A stretch of DNA of 31,298 bases, from the NCBI RefSeq assembly GCF_006345805.1, contig NW_021836715.1, positions 1-31,298 of the forward strand, given 5' to 3'. The notes beneath the pieces were generated by a model. It saw nothing but the letters and a program-made list of their open reading frames with translations, did no database searches and was not told the origin of the DNA. The DNA is from Octopus sinensis (Eukaryota). Made by a program: the position numbers and the translations under genes. Positions 1 through 11,222 of this stretch are shown in pieces; the stretch's first letter is position 1; every line of letters starts with the position of its first letter.

Positions 1-228
1 AACGAAAAAAAATAAATAATAAAAGATATATTTTGATTATGGACAAAAGAACCAAAGCGTAGAATTCTATTCTTGTTATTTTGCAACATATGAGCAACGA
101 ATGATCAGCTTTTGTTCCCAAGAGAAGACGGTAACAAGGTGCGGTCATTTTGTATTTGAAATGATAGCGTTGGAATATGGTCTGCTTGGATTAAACCAGC
201 AATTTGGACTTAGAAGTGTGCCAAGGTA

Positions 229-389
229 AAAATGGCTGTCATGTATATGTGTGTGTGTATGTGTATGTGTTGATGTACGTGTCTATGTATTTATGTGCAC
301 ATGTGTGTATGTCTGAATGCATGTACGTATGTGTGTGTATGTATATATCTATGTGCATACACGTATGTATGAGTGCATTATATGTCTAG

Positions 390-434
<45 letters not shown>

Positions 435-1072
435 TATATATTATGTGTGTGTGTGTGTATATATAGGTGTGTATGTATGTATATATCTATGTAGATATTT
501 GTATGTATGTGAGTGTCCTAGAATATATATATAATTATATATATATATATATATCTAGGTGTGTATGTATGTATATATCTATGTACATATATGTGTGTTT
601 GAGTGCATGTACGTACATAAGCATATGTCTATGTATTTATGTAGGCGTGTATGTATTGATGTGTGTACATGTGTACGTCTGAATGCATGTGTGTGTGCGT
701 ATGTTTGTATGTAAGCGTGTATCTGTGGATGTATGTACACATACATATATGTATATATGTAGATGTGTGTCTGTGCATGTGATTATATGTGTGCATGTAT
801 ATATATATATATATATATATATATGGATCTACAACTGTGTGTGTTGTGTGTGAGTGCATGTGTGTGTGGTGTGTTATGTGTGTATGTGTGTGTGTATGTG
901 TGTGTGTGTGTGTGTTATGTGTGTATGTGTGTGTCTGTGCATGTGATTATATGTGTGCATTATATATATATTATATATATATATATAGTGGATCTACAAC
1001 TGTGTGTGTTATGTGTGTTAGGTGTGTGTGTGTTATGTGTGTATGTGTGTGTGTGTGTATGTGTGTGTGGTG
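229..1072. repeat. Compound (TG)/(TA)/(TATG) microsatellite with internal ~165-bp duplication
   Basis: Di- and tetranucleotide runs. The GGATCTACAACTGTGTGTG anchor recurs at 825 and 990. Confidence 0.9.
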
Positions 1073-1200
1073 TGCATTCCACCCTGTTATTACAACTTGT
1101 TCTTTGTATTCTTTCTTCTGACATTTTTCTATCGTAAATCTTTGCAATACAGTTCGCAAAGTATTCCAGCAAAAAAGTAAATAAATAAATAAATACTCTG

Positions 1201-1400
1201 CTCCCCCACCACCACCACCACCACCACACCTCTCACCCTACACCACTCACCCACCGCCACCACAAACACTACTATCATCACCACCACCACTACCACTACC
1301 ACTACCACCACCACCACTACCACAACAACGACCACCACCGCCACCACCACAACCACCATCACCACCGCTGCCACCACCACCACCATCACTACCACCACTA
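1201..1400. repeat. (CCA/CAC)n trinucleotide microsatellite
   Basis: Direct reading of the sequence. Confidence 0.95.
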
Positions 1401-1722
1401 TATTTTCCGTTGCCACAGTAACAGCACAACATGCAGTTTTGTATAATTTCTAAACTTTATTCTTGCCTGAATCTTCAGATCCATGAAAGGACATACAAAA
1501 CTGTACAAAGCATTGCGGATCTTCAATTTGTGATCTGTGATCTCGGATCTTGCATCTGAGATTTGGATCTTGGATCTTTACAAAAATTAGAGACATCCCC
1601 ACCCACCTCCAGCATCAAATAACCTTACCATTTATAGGATGGAACTTCAGATTTTCCTCTTGTATCACTTGTTTCTCACACTGTCCACACAAGCCAATAA
1701 TTCTGCCAAGGTCAATCCTTAA

Positions 1723-1945
1723 CCCTTTCGTTACCGTATTTATTTTGAGATGCTCTGAGTTTCTTTCAATTAATTTTAAATATAACAAAGAATTTAGTAA
1801 AACAACCTGGTTATCATTCAGCAAGTGTTAGGAACATAAATTGTGACTAAGGTTTGGTGGAAGATTTTCATTTCAAAACTTATGAAAACAAGACATTTGT
1901 ACTACAGAGCCAGAGGTGGTTTCAGGCGGGTTGGTATCAAAAGGG
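1723..1945. mobile_element. piggyBac-like MITE, family P1
   Basis: TTAA|CCCTTTCGTTACC ... GGTATCAAAAGGG|TTAA, with TTAA at 1719-1722 and 1946-1949. CCCT...AGGG ends plus a TTAA TSD are piggyBac hallmarks. Confidence 0.8.
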
Positions 1946-2030
1946 TTAATTTGTAGATTTTGTTTCATTTGTTAGAAATAGCAGCCAAATCTTGTACAAA
2001 TTGAAGATACATTTCACTGACTGTCTTTAA

Positions 2031-2409
2031 CCCTTTCGTTACCGTATTTATTTTGAGATGATCTGTGTTTCTTTCAATTAATTTTAAATATAACAAAGAA
2101 TTTAGTAAAATAACTTGGTTATCATTCAGCTAGTGTTAGTAACATAAATTGTGACTAAGATGGAAGATTTTAATTCAAAACTTATGAAAACAAGACATTT
2201 GTTACCCTATTTCTGTTGAGATGCTCTGTGTTTCTTTCAATTAATTTTAAATATAAAAAAGAATTTAGTAAAATAACTTGGTTATCATTCAGCTAGTGTT
2301 AGTAACATAAATTGTGACTAAGATGGAAGATTTTAATTCAAAACTTATGAAAACAAGACATTTATACTCAGAACCAGAGTTGTACTCAGCCAGGTTGGTA
2401 ACAAAAGGG
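2031..2409. mobile_element. piggyBac-like MITE, family P1, with internal ~170-bp tandem duplication
   Basis: TTAA at 2027-2030 and 2410-2413, same TIRs as 1723-1945. The body (GAGATG..TTTCTTTCAATTAATTTTAAATATA..AAGACATTT) is present twice. Confidence 0.8.
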
Positions 2410-2429
2410 TTAAGGAGCAAAATGGATGA

Positions 2430-2630
2430 TTTCCCACCCGGAATCACTGGTGTGCATATTCTTCCCTGGATAGGGTGCCAGTCTGTTACAGGAATGGCTC
2501 ATTTTTATCGAGGGACTGGACTAAAATGAAATGAAGTGTTTTGCCCAAGAACACAACACATCGCCCGATCCAGGAATTGAAACCACAATCCTATGATCCT
2601 GAATCGAACACCCCAACTGTTAAGCCATGC
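2430..2630 (-). mobile_element. Degenerate tRNA-derived SINE with CORE-like and V-like segments
   Basis: The minus strand reads a tRNA-like head (GGTTTCAATTCC B box), then GTTCTTGGGCAAAACACTT (CORE-like), then TGTAACAGACTGGCACCCTATCCAGGG (V-domain-like). Domain names are from recall. Confidence 0.6.
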
Positions 2631-2636
2631 TATATA

Positions 2637-2852
2637 TGAGGATGTGTTGAAAAGTTCCTGGCTTTAGGGTATTGCGAAAGGCCGGGCTGGAAGCCCAACA
2701 TTCTGAGATCTTTTACAGTGTTTAGGAAAACTGAAGGACCACAGCAATAAGTGTAGGAATCTGAGAGGGGAATATGTTTAATGAAACCATAATTAACGGA
2801 TCTTCCTCTATTTTCTTTTATCCAAAGCCAGGAACTGTTTAGCACCCTCTTG
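2637..2852 (+). mobile_element. Mariner internal-deletion derivative (MITE) retaining the transposase C-terminus
   Basis: TA-flanked TIRs TGAGGATGTGTTGAAAAGTTCCTGGCTTT / AAAGCCAGGAACTGTTTAGCACCCTCTTG. Internal translation GKLKDHSNKCRNLRGEYV* resembles the mariner KL..RW.KCV...G.YVE terminus. Confidence 0.8.
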
Positions 2853-2956
2853 TATGTACATATGAATATATTATATATATATATATTATATATAATAATA
2901 TATATTATATATCTATATTTAATATATTACCACAACACACATACATACATATATAT

Positions 2957-3345
2957 GGAGTGGCTGTGTGGTAAGTAGCTTGCTAACCAACCACATGGTC
3001 CCGGGTTCAGTCCCACTGCGTGGCATCTTGGGCAAGTGTCTTTTACTATAGCCCCGGGCCGACCAATGCCTTGTGAGTGGATTTGGTAGATGGAAACTGA
3101 AAGAAGCCTGTTGTATATATGTATATATATGTATATGTGTGTATGTGTGTGTGTTTGTCCCCCTAGCATTGTTTGACAACCGATGCTGGTGTGTTTACAT
3201 CCCCGTCACTTAGCGGTTCGGCAAAAGAGACCGATAGAATAAGTACTGGGTTTACAAGAATAAGTCCCGGGGTCGATTGCTCGACTAAAGGCGTGCTCCA
3301 GCATGGCCACAGTCAAATGACTGAAACAAGTAAATGAAAGAAAGA
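2957..3345 (+). mobile_element. SINE family A (tRNA head, CORE-like, internal microsatellite, LINE-type tail)
   Basis: GGAGTGGCTGTGTGGTAAG...GGTTCAGTCCC...CTTGGGCAAGTGTC...GCTCCAGCATGGCCACAGTCAAATGACTGAAACAAGTAAA. About 9 copies in the window. Confidence 0.9.
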
Positions 3346-3429
3346 TACATACATATAATTATATATATGTACGTACAATTATGTATGTATATGTATGTAT
3401 GTATAATTAATATATATATACACACACAC

Positions 3430-3875
3430 ATACTGTTGTCCTGAGACTGACCTATGAATTTTATTTTTAGATATAATGAGTACTAAATGTATGTCTAGGT
3501 GTAATTTGTTCTTATGTTATTGTGTTATCCTCTTCGGCTGTTTCCATGGATGCATGGGAGTCCCTTACTTATATCGCCTCGTACGCTCAACTGATGAAGA
3601 TCGAACCCTTGTGTGGTTAATTCTGAAATTGATTCAATATTGAGATAACGAAACTTAAACGTTCTATGGTCAGTTGCCCGATTTTCAGTTCAATTTTCTG
3701 TAGCAAGCGGATTAAATGTGGAATATCGGTATATTGGCTTTAGAATAATCTTCTGCAGCCCTTGCTTATAAGATATTTATAATTTTTAACCGTAAAGTTT
3801 CTTTTAATATACTGCCACACTTCCTGATGGAGTTTTTTTCTGTAGAGAAAAAAGCTTCTTCCTTTTTAATAGTAG
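3430..3875 (+). mobile_element. Probable Penelope-like pseudo-LTR fragment hosting a hammerhead
   Basis: Non-repetitive AT-rich block between two SINEs containing a full hammerhead fold. The assignment is inferred from the known association of hammerheads with PLE pLTRs. Confidence 0.45.
3579..3651 (+). ncRNA. Type I hammerhead ribozyme motif
   Basis: Stem I CTCAA(3586-90)/TTGAG(3640-44), extended by TCGT/ACGA across a 3x3 loop. Core CTGATGA at 3591-97. Stem II AGA/TCT plus AACC/GGTT. GAAA at 3625-28. Stem III ATTG/CAAT. Cleavage triplet AUA, cut after 3639. Confidence 0.7.
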
Positions 3876-3913
<38 letters not shown>

Positions 3914-3916
3914 TAT

Positions 3917-4341
3917 CTTTTACTCTTTTACTCTTTTACTTGATTCAGTCATTTGACTGCAGCCATGCTGGAGCACCGCCTTTTTTTAGTGGAGCAAATC
4001 GACCCCGGGACTTATTCTTTGTAAGCCCAGTACTTATTCTATCAGTCTCTTTTGCCGAACCTCTAAGTGACGGGGACGTAAACACACCAGCATCGGTTGT
4101 CAAGCAATGCTAGGGGGACAAACACAGACACACAAACACATACACACACACACACACATATATATATATACATATATACGACAGGCTTCTTTCAGTTTCC
4201 GTCTACCAAATCCACTCACAAGGCATTGGTCGGCACGGGGCTATAGCAGAAGACACTTTCCCAAGATGCCACGCAGTGGGACTGGACCCGGAACCATGTG
4301 GTTGGTTAGCAGGCTACTTACCACACAGCGACTCCTGCGCC
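3917..4341 (-). mobile_element. SINE family A, full length
   Basis: Reverse complement of the family A sequence, from the (TACTCTTT)n tail to ACTCCTGCGCC. Confidence 0.92.
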
Positions 4342-4372
<31 letters not shown>

Positions 4373-4514
4373 CATATATCTATATGTGTATGTGTATATG
4401 TGTGTGTTGTTATATTATATATATTATATATATATATAATATTGTGTGTATATGTGTGTGTATGTATGTATATGTGTGTGTGTGTATATATATATATACA
4501 TATATATATATACA

Positions 4515-4728
4515 CAGTGTGACCCAAAAGTAGGTTTACAGTTATCACGTAGGCATTTTAAATTTCTTTTAAAACATTTCATTACATTTAAATTCCTATC
4601 TTACAATTAACTAAATTAGCATAGAATAATGGTTTCATAATTTTCTCCCTAATTAAGATCTAAACAGTTAATATATGAATGCAAAAGAGATTGTTGAATC
4701 ATTGTAAAACTACTTTTGGGCCACCCTG
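4515..4728. mobile_element. Tc1/mariner-type MITE
   Basis: ~26-bp TIRs CAGTGTGACCCAAAAGTAGGTTTACA / TGTAAAACTACTTTTGGGCCACCCTG (about 3 mismatches) around an AT-rich non-coding interior. Confidence 0.75.
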
Positions 4729-4729
4729 G

Positions 4730-4945
4730 ATCGTCAATAAATTCAAGGATCCACATTAGGGATTCGGTAATCCCAAACATTCCACTGGTTAATCACTGCC
4801 ATTTAATGAAAGAGTCCCTTTAATATGCAAATTAACCGTACATCTATCTTCCTCCATTTTCTTTCTTTCTATGGGTGTGTGTGTTGTGTGTGTGTGTGTG
4901 GATCAAAACAGCTTGATCTTAATTTGTTGGTACTCTGAGTTTCAG
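4730..4945 (-). mobile_element. Possible Penelope-like pLTR fragment with the 3' half of a hammerhead
   Basis: Minus strand GAAACTCAGAGTA (4931-4943) is identical to the GAAA/stem III/cleavage segment of the 22271-22319 hammerhead. The 5' half is missing. Confidence 0.35.
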
Positions 4946-4962
4946 GCATATATATATAAATA

Positions 4963-5363
4963 TAAAAAGCACCATCCGAACGTGGCCGATGCCAGCGCCG
5001 CCCCGACTGGCTCCTGTGCTGGTGGCACATAAAAAGACCATCCGAACGTTGCCAGCGCCGCCTTGGCTGGCTTCCGTGCCGCTGGCTTCCGTGCCGCTGG
5101 CTTCCGTGCCGCTGGCACGTTAAAAGCTCCAACCGATCGTGACCGATGCCGGACCCCCCCCTGGCACCTGTGCAGGTGGCACGTAAAAAAGCACCCACTA
5201 CACTCGCGGAGTTGTTGGCGTTAGGAAGGGCATCCAGCTGTAGAAACTCTGCCAGATCAGACTGGAGCCTGGAGCAGCCCCTGGCTCCCCAGACCCTGGT
5301 CGAACCGTCCAACCCGTGCTAGCGCAGAAAACAGACGTTAAACGATGATGATGATGATGATGA
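4963..5363 (+). mobile_element. SINE/non-autonomous retroposon family C, 3' part with (GAT)n tail
   Basis: GGTGGCACGTAAAAAAGCACCC...GGCGTTAGGAAGGGCATCCAGC...GACGTTAAACGATGATG. Internal GCTGGCTTCCGTGCC x3 at 5066-5110. Confidence 0.85.
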
Positions 5364-5439
5364 TAGAGTCAATAAAATGTATATCAGGAAAGAAGCATAT
5401 TCTGAAGAATAGAACAGTAATTATTGAAACAAAAAACTG

Positions 5440-5825
5440 CCACTACCACTACCACCACCACCACCACCACCACCCCACTGCCGCCGCCACCACCACTACC
5501 ACCACCACTACCGCCACCGCCGCCACCACCACCACTGCCGCCACCACCACCACCGCCAACACTACTACTACCACCACCACCACAACTGCTGTTGCTGCTG
5601 CTACTACTACCATCATCACCACTACCACCACTGCCACAACCACCACATCACCGCTATCACCAGTACCACCACCACCACCACCACCACTATCACAACTACT
5701 ACTACAACCATCACGATGACGACAACGACCACCAGCACCACCACTACTGCCATCACCACCGCCATCACCACTACTACAAATACCACAGCTGCCACTGCCA
5801 CCACCACAACCATTACCCCACCCCC
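5440..5825. repeat. (CCA/CTA/CCG)n compound trinucleotide tract
   Basis: Direct reading of the sequence. Confidence 0.95.
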
Positions 5826-6489
5826 TCATTATTCTTCTTCCAATCCTAGAATACTCTTGTTTACATTTTCTATCTGCCTCTCTCTTTTTTTTTTTCCATT
5901 CCTTATATTCTTTTTTCCCCAATTCTTCCACCGTTCCTGTCTCTTTTCTGCGCCATTTAAAAACCATTTCTCTCAGTGTTCGCAATTAAATATTTATGTC
6001 CTCAATAATGAAATATATATTTGATAACACTTTAGGCTGCTCATTGCTTTAATATCAAAAATTGGAGATCAATTTTATTTTTGTTGTTGCCTGTCTGTGT
6101 TTGATTTGCGTTCAGTTGAGGATTCTCGTCAGCAGAAAATTTTCCCTCTTTTTTCAGATTTGAGGAGAAATCCCTTCTCCCTCCTCTGTCTTCTGACACC
6201 TCTTCTATCCTTCATACAGGGACGTGCCAAAGACCCTCACACATATGCACATACACACACACACACACATACACTCATGCACACACACACCACTGTAATG
6301 ATAAAACATAACAATTAAGAAAACCATGATGAGGGAAAAAGAAACATATCTATCTGTCTGTCTGTCTATCAACCTGTCTGCCTATCCTTATCTATCGATT
6401 TATCTATCTATCTATCTATCTTTCTGTCGGTCTGTCTGCCTGTCTGTCTATCTATATATGTATAAATATATATATATTTATTTATATCT

Positions 6490-6701
6490 GTTGTAGAGCT
6501 GAAAAAGAGGTAATTTCTACTCTTCTCCTCTGGAAGCCATCTACTCGCAATACCAGAGGGTGCACACTCTCCTATCCTGACGTAATCTCCAGGGATACAG
6601 GCATCCAGCAACAGGACTTCCGTAATGCCATGATGGACCATGAAGTCTGGCGTAGCATGGTAAATTCCATTGTCTCGACCACGGTCGAACAATGATGATG
6701 A
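6490..6701 (+). mobile_element. RTE-clade LINE 3' end (ORF C-terminus plus tail)
   Basis: Translates EVISTLLLWKPSTRNTRGCTLSYPDVISRDTGIQQQDFRNAMMDHEVWRSMVNSIVSTTVEQ*, resembling the RTE LLW.P...Y.D.L..DTG...AM.DR..WR terminus. Ends in a TCGACC/GGTCGA hairpin and (TGA)n. Confidence 0.75.
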
Positions 6702-6706
6702 TATAT

Positions 6707-6740
<34 letters not shown>

Positions 6741-6933
6741 GTGCAGGTGGCACGTAAAAAACACCCACTACACTCGCGGAGTGGTTGGCGTTAGGAAGGG
6801 CATCCAGCCGTAGAAACACTGCCAGATCTGACTGGGCCTGACGAAGCCTTCCAGCTTCACAGACCCCAGTTGACCCGTCCAACCCATGCTAGCATGGAAA
6901 ACGGACGCTAAACGATGATGATGATGACGATGA
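6741..6933 (+). mobile_element. Family C retroposon 3' fragment
   Basis: Matches the 3' part of 4963-5363 with a (GAT)n tail. Confidence 0.88.
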
Positions 6934-7039
6934 TATATATATATCATCGTCATCATCGTTTGTCTGTCTGTTTGTCTATCTATCTGTCTATCAGTTTGTC
7001 TGTCTGTCTGTCTATCGATATATGCATAAATATATCTTT

Positions 7040-7625
7040 ATCGTCATCATAATTGTTTAACATCCATTTTACATGCTAGCATGGGTTGGACGATTTGACT
7101 GAGGACTGGTGAACCAGATGGTTGCACCAGGCTCCAATCTTGATCTGGCAGAGTTTCTACAGCTGGATGCCCTTCCTAACACCAACCACTCCAAGAGTGT
7201 AGTGGGTGCTTTTACATGCATGTATGTTCGTATGTATGTATGTATGTTTGTATGTATTTATGTATGTATGTATGTGTGTGTATGTTCGTATGTATGTATG
7301 TATATATGTATGTTCGAATGTATGTTCGTATGTATGTATATATGTATATATGTATGTTCGAATGTATGTATGTATGCATGTATGTATGTATGTATGTATG
7401 TATGTATGTATGTATGTTCGTATGTATGTATGCACGTATGTATGTATGTTCGTATGTGTGTATGTACATATGTATGTGTGAGTGAGAGACCAGTGCATGC
7501 CATCAAAGTGACACTGAGGTAAAATATATGAAGCCCAAGATACCCATCATGATTACCCGTTTGATAAGGGTACACCAGGCACATGCATCACAGCCATATA
7601 TATGCAACATGGTGATCTCATACCA
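7040..7625 (-). mobile_element. Family C retroposon, long form with internal (CATA)n
   Basis: 7040-7210 is the reverse complement of the family C tail. 7480-7625 matches 10215-10360 in the opposite orientation. Confidence 0.75.
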
Positions 7626-7726
7626 GGCGCGAAATCTCCCCAATTTGTGCATACGTACAAATATCAGAGCAAAACATTCTTTGGTTAAGCAAGTCTTGCA
7701 CTGTCCAGCAGAAAACTCTACCTCAC

Positions 7727-8145
7727 TTTACTCTTTATCTTTTACTCTTTTACTTGTTTCAGTCATTTGACTGCGGCCATGCTGGAGCACAGCCTTTAGT
7801 CGAGCAAATCGACCCCGGGACTTATTCTTTGTAAGCCCAGTACTTATCCTATCGGTCTCTTTTGCCGAACCACTAAGTGACGGGGACGTAAACACACCAG
7901 CATCAGTTGTCAAGCAATGCTAGGGGGACAAACACAGACACACAAACACATACATATATATATATATATATATACATATATGCGACAGGCTTCTTTCAGT
8001 TTCCGTCTACCAAATCCACTCACAAGGCATTGGTCGGCCCAGAGCTATAGCAGAAGACACTTTCCCAAGATGCCACGCAGTGGGACTGAACCCGGAACCA
8101 TGTGGTTGGTTAGCAAGCTACTTACCACACAGCCACTCCTGCGCC
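7727..8145 (-). mobile_element. SINE family A, full length
   Basis: Reverse complement of the family A sequence. Confidence 0.92.
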
Positions 8146-8502
8146 TATCATATCTTGAAACCTATTTACGACTTAGTGAACTGAGCCAAAAAGGGACAAA
8201 GTATTGTTTTGATGACGATGGCAGTTGCAAAACAATAAAACTCGGGCAAATATTTATTTTAAAACATTTGTTATTAGATATCGACAAACCCCTTGGCAAA
8301 ATTCCCTTTGTTTTTCTGGTCTTGTGGCGTTGGTAAAAACAAGCGGAGAGTCAAGTGCCGGCATCGATTCTAAGCAACTCAGTTGTGTTCCAGCTTTGTC
8401 TGAAATTTCTAGCCTTCTGCCAATCAAAGGAATCAATATGTGTTTGATAGAAACGGAAAGGTAACATGTGAATTGCAAACATGAAGACACGATGGGGGTT
8501 TC

Positions 8503-8640
8503 GTGGTGGTGGTGGTGCTGGTGGTGATGGCAATGGTGGTGGTGGTGGTGGTGGTAGCGATGGTGGCAGTGGTGGTGGTGGTGGCAATGGTGCTGGTGAT
8601 GGTGGTGGTGCTGGTGGTGGTATGGTGGTGGTGGTGGGTG
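8503..8640. repeat. (GGT)n microsatellite
   Basis: Direct reading of the sequence. Confidence 0.95.
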
Positions 8641-9066
8641 TGAGGAAACCCGTTTCCTGATCTGAATCAAAATACATTTGTTTCTTACATGAATATATAC
8701 ATGTATACCCTAAAAGACTGACATACATACATGTCTATACATACATATATACATACATATATATACATAAATACACACACACATACATATGTATATAAAT
8801 ATCTGTGTGTGTGTGTGTGTGCGCATGTATGTATATGTGTATGTATATATGTGTATACTCATATACACACACACTTGCATAGCTATAATATAATTTATTT
8901 ATAGTTTTCCAAAGAAATTCGTGAAAACTATCATGCAACAACAACAAAAAAAAAAATGAATGCATAATTATGTAGAGTGTATATTCATTGATGTATAATT
9001 AATGACTTCACAGTTTTGCAGTAAGGTACTTAACTATTAATATCTATATATATGATATATAATATA

Positions 9067-9105
<39 letters not shown>

Positions 9106-9123
9106 TATATATATATATATAAA

Positions 9124-9178
9124 TGGCGGTGCCCCAGCATGGCCACAGCTCATGAGCTGAAACTAGAATCAATCAATC
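9124..9178 (+). mobile_element. Solo LINE/SINE 3' tail
   Basis: TGGCGGTGCCCCAGCATGGCCACAGCTCATGAGCTGAAACTAG(AATC)n. Same motif as the family A tail. Confidence 0.7.
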
Positions 9179-9358
9179 ATATATATATATATATATACAC
9201 ACGCACACACACATGTATATATATACACACAAACATACACACACACATATATATATATACATATATATGAATATGCATAGCAATCTGTCCATCTGCCAAA
9301 TTGTAACTGAGTCATGCTGTTAATACATGCATACATACATACATACATACATACATAT

Positions 9359-9863
9359 GGTGGCTGCCCCCTCGTTATCGAGTATGGCCATTGCACGAAG
9401 CTTAATCGATGTTGTTATCGTCCAATGCCTGTGCAAGAAGATTTTTTTTTAAGTGAGGAAAGGCTGTGCACTGAGTCAATCCCACTCACTAAGCAACAGC
9501 AGCCATAATCCGAAAAGAGGAACAAGTCAACATCATCGGTAACCACTGAGCCGCAGGTTTTATGTCGGAGTTATCCCAGTTACCTGAGTTGCCTTCTCCT
9601 AGAAGGATTCCCTAACAAAGGCTAGGAGTCCTTCACTCCCAACGGTTTAACCGAGCGATCGGGTATTCAGTCCGATTATTTCTATGTCCCCGCGCATGAT
9701 ACAGCCTTAAGACATTTATTGGATGGCCGTTGACTCTCAAGAGTTTCCCCGCCCTTTGACGGGTTTTGTTTTTCTTCCCGCAGGGTGTCCAATAAACACC
9801 CTCCTCACCAAGCAAGCTTGGTGGGGTTGCCGATTTAGTCACCAACGACCTGACCATGCAACC
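9359..9863 (+). mobile_element. Probable RTE-type 5' UTR or non-autonomous derivative
   Basis: Starts with a CTCG-TTAT-CGAG hairpin and contains GAGTTGCCTTCTCCTAG, which I recall from RTE 5' regions. No ORF. The assignment rests on recall. Confidence 0.5.
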
Positions 9864-9884
9864 ATACATACATACATACATACT

Positions 9885-10408
9885 TGGTATAAAAGATGGG
9901 CTACAGCAAATATTCTGCTCAATACCACAGATTTGCTTGTCAGTTGTTTGACCTTAACCAGTTGAGCATGTCCTTTAGTGTGGACGATATGTGCATCTCT
10001 GATCATGAGCAGAAGTAGTGGGGAAGCATCATAGCCATGGGTTGAAAGGAATTCTCTGGGGTTTGGATAATTCACTTCTGGAAACATGGATGTTTTGTTC
10101 AACATCCTTAAACAACCCTTATTCAGGGACCTTTTGAGTGGGATGAGCTACTCGACCTGAAGAAAATTCCTACTGGGCCCCACATGCAAGGTCATATGCT
10201 GTTTATCTTGATATGAGATCACCATGTTGCACACATATGGCTGTGATGCATGGGCCTGGTGTACTCTTATCAGACGGGTAGTCATGATGGGTATACTGGG
10301 CTTCATATATTTTATCCCAGTGTCACTTTGATGGCATGCACTGCACTCTCACTCACACGTACATATGTACATACATACGAACATACATACATACATACAT
10401 ACATACAC

Positions 10409-10439
<31 letters not shown>

Positions 10440-10488
10440 CATACATACATATATACATATATACATACATACATACATACATACATAT
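9885..10488. mobile_element. Body of long-form family C-related repeat plus (CATA)n, inverted relative to 7210-7625
   Basis: 10215-10360 is the reverse complement of 7480-7625 (GCATGCCATCAAAGTGACACTG...CACCAGGC..CATGCATCACAGCC). Confidence 0.7.
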
Positions 10489-10811
10489 ATTGACCAGCAA
10501 CCTGTTGTAAATGCATGAAGCATGACATTGATGCTAAGAATATCTACAATGCAGGACTCCCCTGGGGGACATACCAAATGCATACAAAAACCAGAGGGGT
10601 TCCAAACTTTTAAGAATAAAGAATTTTGGTGGAACATTCCAATAAAAACAGCAATTTAGAGTAAGAAAAACAGGCAGATTTGGTAGATATGCAAATTTTT
10701 TGTTTGTCTTTTGGAATTTTAAATAAAACCTCATATTAAAGGTTTTCCTCTCATATCCCTTTTTTTTGTAAAAATTACAATTAATAAATAATTTATAAGT
10801 ATTTTCAAATA

Positions 10812-10941
10812 GGCACAGGAGTGGCTGTGTGGTAAGTAGCTGGCTTATCAACCACACGGTTCCGGGTTCAGTCCCACTGTGTGGCACCTTGGGCAAGTGT
10901 CATCTTCTGTAGCCTCGGTCCAGAAACTGAAAGAAGCCCGT

Positions 10942-10974
<33 letters not shown>

Positions 10975-11222
10975 ATATATGTGTGTGTGTGTTTGTGTGT
11001 CTGTGTTTGCCCCCCCCCCCAACATCGCTTGACAACCGATGCTGGTGTGTTTATGTCCCCGTTACCTATCGGTTCAGCAAAAGAGACCGATAGAATAAGT
11101 ACTAGGCTTACATGCATTTACTAGGCTTACAAAGAATATGTCCTGGGATCGATTTGCTAGACTAAAAAGGTGGTGCTCCAGCATGGCCGCAATCAAATGA
11201 CTGAAACAAGTAAAAGAGTAAA
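10812..11222 (+). mobile_element. SINE family A, full length
   Basis: Family A head to tail, with a small internal duplication of TACTAGGCTTACA near 11100-11130. Confidence 0.9.
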
